The notes beneath the pieces were generated by a model, which was not told the origin of the DNA, did no database searches, and saw nothing but the letters and a program-made list of their open reading frames with translations. Below are positions 29,429 to 36,157 of a stretch of DNA of 64,000 nucleotides, piece after piece. Source of the DNA: Candidatus Poriferisocius sp. (GTDB lineage Bacteria > Actinomycetota > Acidimicrobiia > Acidimicrobiales > Bin134); assembly GCF_965204015.1 (NCBI RefSeq), contig NZ_OZ241965.1, forward strand, positions 2,423,991-2,487,990, given 5' to 3'. Position numbers and translations under genes: made by a program. How positions within the stretch are numbered: the stretch's first letter is position 1; the number at the start of each line of letters is the position of its first letter.

Positions 29429-30010
29429 TCATGCGGCAGCGCCGCCCTTTTCGCTCAGCGACTCCAACAGCCCGGCGGTCTCGACCAGCGGGGCATCAAG
29501 CAGGCCGGCCATCTCGACGAGAGGAGCCTCCAGCAACCCGGCCATCTCGGCCAAGGGGGCTTCTAGCAGTCCGAGGATCTCGGCCAGGATCTCGGTTCGG
29601 GTCCCGAGCTTGGACAAGGCGCTCACATCGTCGGCCGAGAGCACCTGTCCGTCGAGCACAGCCCCCTTGATGGACAGGAATTGGGAATCCTCGGTGTACC
29701 GGCACAGGGCCTTCGCCAACGACACGGCGTCGCCGGGGGAGCCATCCTCACGGGTGCCCGTGAACGCCAAGGCGGTTGGGCCCAACAAGAACTCATCGAG
29801 ATCCAGTCCCAGCTCTCGGGCGGCGAAGCGGGTCAGGGTGTTCTTGTACACCTTGTACTCGCCGCCGACCTCGCGCAACTGGTGACGGAGGTCGGCCAGG
29901 GCCGGCACGTCCAAGCCGCGGTAGTCGGTGATGACCACCGCTTCGGCCGCGGAGATGCGCTCGCGCACCTCGTTGACGACGGCCACTTTTTCGGGGCGGG
30001 GATTTTCCAT
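29429..30010 (-). CDS. rplJ: 50S ribosomal protein L10
   Basis: MENPRPEKVAVVNEVRERISAAEAVVITDYRGLDVPALADLRHQLRE... begins at ATG 30010. The track start at 30091 is a shadow extension. Confidence 0.93.
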   Translation of the reverse strand: MENPRPEKVAVVNEVRERISAAEAVVITDYRGLDVPALADLRHQLREVGGEYKVYKNTLTRFAARELGLDLDEFLLGPTALAFTGTREDGSPGDAVSLAKALCRYTEDSQFLSIKGAVLDGQVLSADDVSALSKLGTRTEILAEILGLLEAPLAEMAGLLEAPLVEMAGLLDAPLVETAGLLESLSEKGGAAA

Positions 30011-30019
30011 CAGGTTGCC

Positions 30020-30089
30020 GAACCCTCCGTGAGAACCAGCAATGGGGCGCCGCCGACATGCGAACGCCCCAATTGTCTCGGGAGGGTTC
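30020..30089 (-). promoter_or_regulatory. Structured rplJ 5-prime leader (L10-leader-like, sequesters the SD)
   Basis: Minus strand: GAACCCTCC...GGGGCG...CGCCCC...GGAGGGTTC. A 9-bp outer helix encloses a GC inner helix. The 3-prime arm contains the GGAGGG Shine-Dalgarno, which lies 10 nt before the rplJ ATG. Confidence 0.4.
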
Positions 30090-30198
30090 ACCTCGTCAGG
30101 CCAGCTTCAGCTGTTTTGCAACTTCAGCCAATTAAGCGGGCACTGCGCCTGATGTCTGCGGCAAATCGATTAGTTGTAAGCCGGAAAAAGCTACCAGA

Positions 30199-30900
30199 TC
30201 AGGTGCTGGCGCCCAAGTCGGCGGGATCCAGCCGCACGCCGGGTCCCATGGTGGAGGAGATGGTGACCTTGCGGATGTACCGGCCCTTGAGGGCCGCGGG
30301 CTTGGCCCGGTTCAGCTCCTCCATGACCGCCCGGATGTTGGCCACCAGGGCATCGGCCTCAAAGCTGATCTTGCCCACCGGCACATGGACATTCCCCTGG
30401 CGGTCGGTGCGGTACTCCACCTTTCCGCCCTTGAACTCGCCCACTGCCTTGGCCACGTCATCGGTGACGGTGCCCGTCTTGGGGTTAGGCATGAGTCCTC
30501 GGGGACCCAGGACCTTTCCGAGCTTGCCAACCACCGGCATCATGTCAGGGGTGGCGATGGCCACGTCGAAGTCCATCTTGCCGGCCTGCACCTGCTCGGC
30601 GAGGTCGTCGGCACCCACCACGTCGGCACCGGCTTCGCTGGCTTGCGCGGCCGCCTCGCCCTGGGCAAACACCGCCACCCGAACGTCGGTGCCGGTGCCC
30701 GAGGGCAGGCTGACCGTTCCCCGGATCATTTGCTCGGACTTGCGGGGGTCGACCCCCAGCCGGGCCGCCAGCTCCAAGGTCTCGTCGAATTTCGCCGCGG
30801 TCAAGCTCTTCACCAGCTCAACACCCTCATTTGCGGTGTGCGGGTGCTGCTTGTCGTAACGCTGGGCGGCATCGTTGTACCGCTTGCCATTTTTCGCCAT
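30199..30900 (-). CDS. rplA: 50S ribosomal protein L1
   Basis: 233 aa, MAKNGKRYNDAAQRYDKQHPHTANEGVELVKSLTAAKFDETLELAARLGVDPRKSEQMIRGTVSLP. Confidence 0.96.
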   Translation of the reverse strand: MAKNGKRYNDAAQRYDKQHPHTANEGVELVKSLTAAKFDETLELAARLGVDPRKSEQMIRGTVSLPSGTGTDVRVAVFAQGEAAAQASEAGADVVGADDLAEQVQAGKMDFDVAIATPDMMPVVGKLGKVLGPRGLMPNPKTGTVTDDVAKAVGEFKGGKVEYRTDRQGNVHVPVGKISFEADALVANIRAVMEELNRAKPAALKGRYIRKVTISSTMGPGVRLDPADLGAST

Positions 30901-30999
30901 GTCGGCTCCCTCAGTGTTGTAGGCCCGCCGGGCGAGGTCGTCCCGTCGGGCGGTTGGATATGACTGCTGTGTTTATGTTGATCGTGAATTGTTGTTCGG

Positions 31000-31425
31000 T
31001 TATTCCACTCGTATGCCCATGCTGCGGGCGGTTCCGGCCACTTGCAGCTTGGCCTGCTCGAGGTCGTCGGTGTTGAGATCGGGCATCTTGATCTTTGCGA
31101 TGTCGGCGCACTGGTCGTCGGTGATGGCACCGACAACCTCGCGGCCCGGTTCCATGGAGCCCTTCTCCAAGCCGGCTGCTTCCCGAATGAGGAAGGAGGT
31201 GGGCGGAGTCTTGGTGATGAATGTGAACGTGCGGTCTTCGTAGATGGTGATCTCAACCGGGATGATCTGGCCCCGCTTGTCCTCGGTTTTGGCGTTGTAG
31301 TCCCGGCAGAAGTCCATGATGGCCACGCCGTGGGGGCCGAGGGCAGTGCCCACGGGGGGTGCCGGCGTGGCTTGCCCCGCAGGAATCTGGATTTTGATTG
31401 TGGTGGCTACCTTCTTTTGAGCCAT
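31000..31425 (-). CDS. rplK: 50S ribosomal protein L11
   Basis: 141 aa, [47 protein letters not shown]. Confidence 0.97.
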   Translation of the reverse strand: MAQKKVATTIKIQIPAGQATPAPPVGTALGPHGVAIMDFCRDYNAKTEDKRGQIIPVEITIYEDRTFTFITKTPPTSFLIREAAGLEKGSMEPGREVVGAITDDQCADIAKIKMPDLNTDDLEQAKLQVAGTARSMGIRVE

Positions 31426-31465
31426 GGCAGTGCCCCTTTTTGGCTAGGTCCTCTTTAGAGCTTGT

Positions 31466-32395
31466 TCAGAGCTTGGCGACTTGGGAGAATTCGAGTTCGA
31501 CCGGCGTTTCTCGGCCGAAGATGTTGACCAAGACCTTTACTTTGAGCTGGTCTTCGTTGATCTCGGCCACTTCGCCGGAGAAGTCGGCAAACGGACCCTC
31601 TTTGACCCGGATGGTCTCGCCCACCTCGTACAGCAGGCGGGGCTTGGTGCGGCGAACGGTCTGCTCGCCATCCGTTTTGACCTGGAGGAAGTTCTCGACG
31701 TCCTTACGCTTGAGGGCCGACGGCTTGCTGCCCCGCTGGCCGTGGCCGACGAATCCGGTCACGCCCGGGGTATTGCGAATCACGTCCCAGGAGATGTCGT
31801 TCATATCGGCTCGAACCAGCAGATAGCCGGGGAACATCTTCTTCTTGGTGGTGACCTTTTTGCCGCCCTTGAACTCCACCACATCTTCCATGGGTATGAC
31901 CGTCTCATGGATGTGGCCCTCGGTGTCCATGGTCTTGCGACGAGCCTCAATGTTCTGCTGGACCTTGTTCTCGTAGCCCGACTGGGTGTGGACCACGTAC
32001 CACTTCCCCGGCATGTCGTAGGGGCTGATGGTCTCGGCTTCTTCCTCGGCCTTCTCATAGACCAATTCGTCGGCGTCGATGAGGTGGTCGGCTTCGCCCT
32101 CCGTAGCGATGTCCTCCGCGGCGATGTCCTCCGCAGCGATATCGCCGATCAGTGCGAGATCTTCGGCCTGGTCGCTGGCGAGGGGGTCGGGCAGTGCGAG
32201 TTCTTCGGCCTGGTCGCTACCGACGGGTTCGGGTTGGGCAACTGGTCCGGTGGGCAGCAGGGCCGCGGCTGCTTCTGCCGCGTCGACGGCCTCGACAGCA
32301 TTGTCGGCACCGTCAGCATCGGCCTCGGGCGCGACGGGGTCGGCGCTTGCGGGGAAGAGGTCTGTCATCTCGCTCTCGTCTACTTCAGGGCTCAT
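31466..32395 (-). CDS. nusG: Transcription termination/antitermination factor NusG with ~130-aa acidic N-terminal extension
   Basis: ATG 32395 overlaps the secE stop (ATGA). The NGN core is KWYVVHTQSGYENKVQQNIE, and the C-terminal KOW is ...IRVKEGPFADFSGEVAEINEDQLKVKVLVNIFGRETPVELEFSQVAKL. Confidence 0.92.
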   Translation of the reverse strand: MSPEVDESEMTDLFPASADPVAPEADADGADNAVEAVDAAEAAAALLPTGPVAQPEPVGSDQAEELALPDPLASDQAEDLALIGDIAAEDIAAEDIATEGEADHLIDADELVYEKAEEEAETISPYDMPGKWYVVHTQSGYENKVQQNIEARRKTMDTEGHIHETVIPMEDVVEFKGGKKVTTKKKMFPGYLLVRADMNDISWDVIRNTPGVTGFVGHGQRGSKPSALKRKDVENFLQVKTDGEQTVRRTKPRLLYEVGETIRVKEGPFADFSGEVAEINEDQLKVKVLVNIFGRETPVELEFSQVAKL

Positions 32396-32697
32396 CGGTC
32401 GAACAACTTCAAGATTGCCTCGCTGAAGCCCCAGTCGAGCAGGCCGATGGCGGTGGTGAGCAGCACCAAGACCACCAGCACCACGATGGAGTAGTTGACT
32501 ACTTCCTCTCGTCGGGGCCAAGACACCTTGCGGAGCTCACCGCGGACCTCGCGCAGGAACTGGGTGGGCCCGACCCGCTCCTCACCGGGGCGGGGCTGGT
32601 TCCGCTGCTGGCGGCGCTCGCGGACTGGGTCGCCTTGCTCATCGACGAAGCCCTGCTTCTTGGCCATCCTCTTCTGTTGTCTATTCAGGTCGCTCAT
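32392..32697 (-). CDS. secE: Preprotein translocase subunit SecE
   Basis: MSDLNRQQKR...FLREVRGELRKVSWPRREEVVNYSIVVLVVLVLLTTAIGLLD. ATG at 32697. The longer track ORF would run into tRNA-Trp. Confidence 0.85.
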   Translation of the reverse strand: MSDLNRQQKRMAKKQGFVDEQGDPVRERRQQRNQPRPGEERVGPTQFLREVRGELRKVSWPRREEVVNYSIVVLVVLVLLTTAIGLLDWGFSEAILKLFDR

Positions 32698-32742
32698 GAG
32701 GACTCCAGTGCACCTGGCACTGCGGAGACGGAATTGCTTGCG

Positions 32743-32815
32743 CAGGGCAGGAGGGACTCGAACCCCCAACCGCCGGTTTTGGAGACCGGTGCTCTACCAA
32801 TTGAGCCACTGCCCT
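32743..32815 (-). tRNA. trpT: tRNA-Trp (CCA)
   Basis: Hand-folded 73-nt cloverleaf: acceptor AGGGCAG/CTGCCCT, D stem GCTC/GAGC, anticodon stem CCGGT/ACCGG with loop CTCCAAA, T-loop TTCGAGT. It sits in the classic position upstream of secE. Confidence 0.93.
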
Positions 32816-32887
32816 TTGTCAGGGGTTGTCCAAGGCTACCGTGCCGAGGGTTGCAACCCGCAATGCAAAACTGTGGTCTGGGTTCCG

Positions 32888-33073
32888 CTATCGCCGGGTG
32901 CGGCGGCGGAAAGCGACGGTAAGCACAGCCAGGGTGGTCGCGGCCAGGAAGCGCCTGATGAGCTGGCGGCGGCGGTCGTACTGGTCGAGGCGGGCCATAA
33001 CTTTCCACACGAGGGTGGGAGGCGCCTCGGCCGGGGCCTGGTGATCGAAAGACCGAGAGGCGTCTTTGATCAT
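32888..33073 (-). CDS. Putative small membrane anti-sigma factor
   Basis: 61-aa ORF whose ATG overlaps the sigma-factor stop (ATGA at 33070-33073). It has one hydrophobic helix, LAATTLAVLTVAF, flanked by Arg clusters. Function is assigned from context only. Confidence 0.4.
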   Translation of the reverse strand: MIKDASRSFDHQAPAEAPPTLVWKVMARLDQYDRRRQLIRRFLAATTLAVLTVAFRRRTRR

Positions 33074-33678
33074 GAGGCCTCCTCGTCTTTCGTCGGCTTG
33101 TCTTTGATCGGCTCGTCTTTCATCGGGGGTGCCGCGAGACCGGCACCCAACTCGGTGGTGCGCTGCAACACGGAGCGAAGCCGTTGTCGGGCCCGATGGA
33201 GTCGGACCTTGGCCGCGGAGGTGGTGATCCCCAATTCGGCGGCTATCTCGCTGTGGGACAGATCGTGGAGATCGCGCAGCACCACCACTTGGCGCAGACG
33301 CTCGGGCAGCGATCGGACTGCCCGGTCGATGTGGTGGCGCAAAATCGCTGCCTCGGCCCGCAGGCTCGGGTCCTGCTCGGGACGGAGGTCGACGATGGGG
33401 GCGTCGTGGCTCAGCTCCTCGGTGCGCTGTCGGGTTCGGCGGCTCAAATGGGTCGACGCACAGTTGCTGGTGATGCGGTACATCCAGGTGGAGAAGCTGG
33501 AGTCACCCCGGAATCGGCGGATCGCCCGGTAGGCTCGAACGTAGGCGTCTTGCACCACGTCTCCCGCGTCGTCCCGGTTGCCGGTGAGTCGATAGGCCAG
33601 GGCGAAGGTGTCGCGGTAGGTGGACCGAACCAGCTCGTTGAACGCATCCCGGTCGCCCCGACGGGCGGCTTCCACCAA
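33070..33678 (-). CDS. ECF-type RNA polymerase sigma factor
   Basis: Region 2: DAFNELVRSTYRDTFALAYRLTGNRDDAGDVVQDAYVRAY...FSTWMYRITSN. Region 4: LPERLRQVVVLRDLHDLSHSEIAAELGITTSAAKVRLHRARQRL. The true start may be slightly upstream. Confidence 0.85.
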   Translation of the reverse strand: MVEAARRGDRDAFNELVRSTYRDTFALAYRLTGNRDDAGDVVQDAYVRAYRAIRRFRGDSSFSTWMYRITSNCASTHLSRRTRQRTEELSHDAPIVDLRPEQDPSLRAEAAILRHHIDRAVRSLPERLRQVVVLRDLHDLSHSEIAAELGITTSAAKVRLHRARQRLRSVLQRTTELGAGLAAPPMKDEPIKDKPTKDEEAS

Positions 33679-33766
33679 TTCGGTGTCTTCGTAAATCGGC
33701 TCGCGAGATGCTGCGGGTTCGATGGGGCCAGCCTATAGCCGCCCCGCCGGGAGGCGAAAGAGTGGG

Positions 33767-33843
33767 TGGTAGCGGCGGCCAGACTCGAACTGGCGACCTC
33801 TCGATTATGAGTCGAGCGCTCTTACCAACTGAGCTACGCCGCC
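33767..33843 (-). tRNA. tRNA-Met (CAT), CCA encoded (could be tRNA-Ile2 if lysidinylated)
   Basis: 77 nt: GGCGGCG..GCTC AGTTGGTAA GAGC..CTCGA CTCATAA TCGAG..GCCAG TTCGAGT CTGGC CGCCGCT A CCA. The anticodon stem lacks the three G-C pairs of an initiator tRNA. Confidence 0.9.
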
Positions 33844-33885
33844 TCGGAGCCTCCTGAGCGGTGGAAAGCCGCCTGAGAGACCCTG

Positions 33886-33958
33886 AGCCTCCTGAGAGAA
33901 TCGAACTCTCGACCTTTTCCTTACCATGGAAACGCTCTGCCGACTGAGCTAAGGAGGC
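33886..33958 (-). tRNA. tRNA-Thr (GGT)
   Basis: 73 nt: GCCTCCT TA GCTC AGTCGGCA GAGC G TTTCC ATGGTAA GGAAA AGGTC GAGAG TTCGATT CTCTC AGGAGGC T. Confidence 0.92.
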
Positions 33959-34048
33959 GGGCTGGGAACTCTATCCCTCTAAGAGGAAAATACTGCCACT
34001 TCGTGCCTCCGACGGGAAAACCGGTTTGGGGCGATTTCGGGCGGTACG

Positions 34049-34567
34049 GTGCAGCCGGTGACGATTCGAGCGGCGAGGCTGGCTGATGCCGAGGGCATTC
34101 GGGAGATCGTCAACCACGAGATTCTGAACGGGGTCAGCATCTTCGAACTGGAGCCCCGCACCCTGGCCGCCCAGCGCAACTGGTTGCAGGATCGCAGCGG
34201 GGTTCACGCGGTGCTGGTGGCCACCCCCGATGACGACGATGACACCGTGCTGGGCTTCTCGTCGCTGTCGCCCTTCCATACCCGGCCCGCCTACAACACC
34301 ACCGTGGAAAACTCGGTGTACGTCCACCAGGACCACCGGGGCAAAGGCATCGGCCGGGCTCTCCTGGTGGAGATCATCGGACTGGCCCAGAACCACGGCT
34401 TTCACACCATCATCGCCCGGATCTCCGGAGGTAACCAGGCCTCGATAGCAGTCCACCAATCCGTAGGATTCGAAATAGCCGGAACCGAACGCGAAGTAGG
34501 CCGCAAGTTCGGCCGCTGGATTGATGTAACCGTGATGCAGCTCATGCTGCAAGAGTGGAATATCTGA
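34049..34567 (+). CDS. GNAT N-acetyltransferase, phosphinothricin/methionine-sulfoximine acetyltransferase-like
   Basis: 172 aa, ...IRAARLADAEGIREIVNHEILNGVSIFELEPRTLAAQRNWL...VYVHQDHRGKGIGRALL...SIAVHQSVGFEIAGTEREVGRKFGRWIDV, the PAT-family pattern. Confidence 0.85.
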   Translation: MQPVTIRAARLADAEGIREIVNHEILNGVSIFELEPRTLAAQRNWLQDRSGVHAVLVATPDDDDDTVLGFSSLSPFHTRPAYNTTVENSVYVHQDHRGKGIGRALLVEIIGLAQNHGFHTIIARISGGNQASIAVHQSVGFEIAGTEREVGRKFGRWIDVTVMQLMLQEWNI

Positions 34568-34601
34568 CCTAGCCAGATTTCGTTGCGGGTCCCGGGTCCG
34601 C

Positions 34602-35846
34602 TCAGGCGGCGGTCAGCTGTTCAACGGGCGGCGGGTGGGTTGTGGGGCGGGGCAGGCTGGGGCGGGGCGGGGGTTGGAGGCGGTATCGGCTGGCTTCGGT
34701 GTCGTGTTCGATGGTGTGGCCGTGTTTGTGGACTTTCTTGTGGCAGCGGGGGCACAGAAGCACCAGGTTGGTGATGTCGGTGGGCCCGTTTTGGTCCCAT
34801 GGGATTATGTGGTGGGCGTCGCACACCTGAGGTCTGAGGCCGCAGCCCACGCAGCGGCGGTCTCTTTTGTACAGGGCCAGCTTTTGGGCCTTGGTGACCG
34901 CCCTTTGGGCTCTGCCCACGTAGAGGGGCTGCCCTTCGGCGCCGAAGATCATCGGCACGATGTCGGCGTCGCAGGCTAGGCGGCGGAGCTCGTCTAGCTC
35001 GATAGGAGTGCCGTCGATGAGCCCAGCGTTCTTCAGCCGGCCCTCGATGGCGTCGTAGTCGGCGGAGATCACCAGCACAGTCTTCTGCGGGCGGGTCCCG
35101 CCGCCCGGCGCAACCACTGCGGGGTTGGCGTTGTCGGCGGGTTGTTGGGTGATGAGCGCTACCAGTGCGTCGGCGTTGCGCTGCTCGAAGGTGCGGATGG
35201 GGTCGTAGGCGATGTCGTCGACGAGCATTTTGTCGCTCATCGCGCCAAGAGCAATCTTGACCCGATCGCCGGATACTTGGTCGATCTCGGCGTGCAACAC
35301 GACCATGCCGTCGGTGCCGTCGAATACCTTGAAGGATCGGCGGGCCCGCTGGCGTTCGATTCGACCCATGCCGTCGTCGGCGCGGCGCTGGTCCTCGCGG
35401 ACGGCGACGGTCTTCTTGAACTCGTCGTGGTCCTGCAATCCGCCCAAGTCCAAGAGCTCTTGCTGGTCTTGTTCGCTCATCGGCGCCCGCTTGTGCGACT
35501 CGGCCACCATCCCACCCTGATCGGCGGAGATGCGCCCGTCGCGCACCGCGCCCAAAACCTCGGGCATGGCCGCGACGCCCTGGGCCGTCCTGGCCAACTG
35601 GCGGGCCCGATACGCGCTTATGCCGAACTGATGGCACACCGTCGCAGCCGCGCCCGGCCCCTCCAGCTCGCCATAGCGGGCGACCAGCCCGACCAGATAG
35701 CCCTCGGCCCGACGGCGCAACAGATCGGCCTGCCCCATCAAACCCAACAACTCCGAAGTGCCCGCCTCAGAGAAATCCGGGAACCCGAAGCCCGCACCGA
35801 CACCAGCGCCAGAGCCGTTTGTGCTGGGTTTCAACGTAAATTCCAT
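34602..35846 (-). CDS. DUF222/HNH endonuclease (REP13E12-type)
   Basis: The C-terminus has an HNH zinc motif, RRCVGCGLRPQVCDAHHIIPWDQNGPTDITNLVLLCPRCHKKVH. The N-terminal helical region resembles actinobacterial 13E12-repeat proteins. ATG at 35846 (MEFTLKPS...). Confidence 0.8.
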   Translation of the reverse strand: MEFTLKPSTNGSGAGVGAGFGFPDFSEAGTSELLGLMGQADLLRRRAEGYLVGLVARYGELEGPGAAATVCHQFGISAYRARQLARTAQGVAAMPEVLGAVRDGRISADQGGMVAESHKRAPMSEQDQQELLDLGGLQDHDEFKKTVAVREDQRRADDGMGRIERQRARRSFKVFDGTDGMVVLHAEIDQVSGDRVKIALGAMSDKMLVDDIAYDPIRTFEQRNADALVALITQQPADNANPAVVAPGGGTRPQKTVLVISADYDAIEGRLKNAGLIDGTPIELDELRRLACDADIVPMIFGAEGQPLYVGRAQRAVTKAQKLALYKRDRRCVGCGLRPQVCDAHHIIPWDQNGPTDITNLVLLCPRCHKKVHKHGHTIEHDTEASRYRLQPPPRPSLPRPTTHPPPVEQLTAA

Positions 35847-35989
35847 AAATGAGATTATACCAACCCCAGTGACACAATCCGCCTTGAAAATGATCAGAAA
35901 ATCCGAAAAGTAGGCACGCGCAGCCAATGGGGGTTGGCGGTGTCTCGTTGATGTCCGGGCGTTCTCGCGCTACCCTTCAGCCATCATTC

Positions 35990-36039
35990 CCCGCCCGGTG
36001 GACGGATCGCTTCGATCCATCCCCGGGCGGGTGTTTTTT
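35990..36039 (+). terminator. Orphan intrinsic-terminator-like hairpin (plus-strand orientation)
   Basis: CCCGCCCGG (35990-35998) pairs perfectly with CCGGGCGGG (36023-36031) around an inner GGATC/GATCC hairpin, followed by TGTTTTTTG. There is no plus-strand gene directly upstream. Confidence 0.35.
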
Positions 36040-36138
36040 GTGCGCACCATTGTGCTGATCGACAGCCAGAACCTCTTTCACCTTGCCAAGCGAGCATGGG
36101 CACCCGCTGATGTGAGTCCTTCGCCTTGGTCGCGGTGA
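36040..36138 (+). pseudogene. Truncated NYN/LabA-like gene fragment (32 codons)
   Basis: The GTG at 36040 gives VRTIVLIDSQNLFHLAKRAWAP|ADVSPSPWSR*. The first ~20 aa match the beta1 (h)IDxxNL signature of NYN domains. The frame stops 19 bp before the hsdR 3-prime end. Confidence 0.3.
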
Positions 36139-36157
36139 CTCGCTAGGTCACCTGTTC

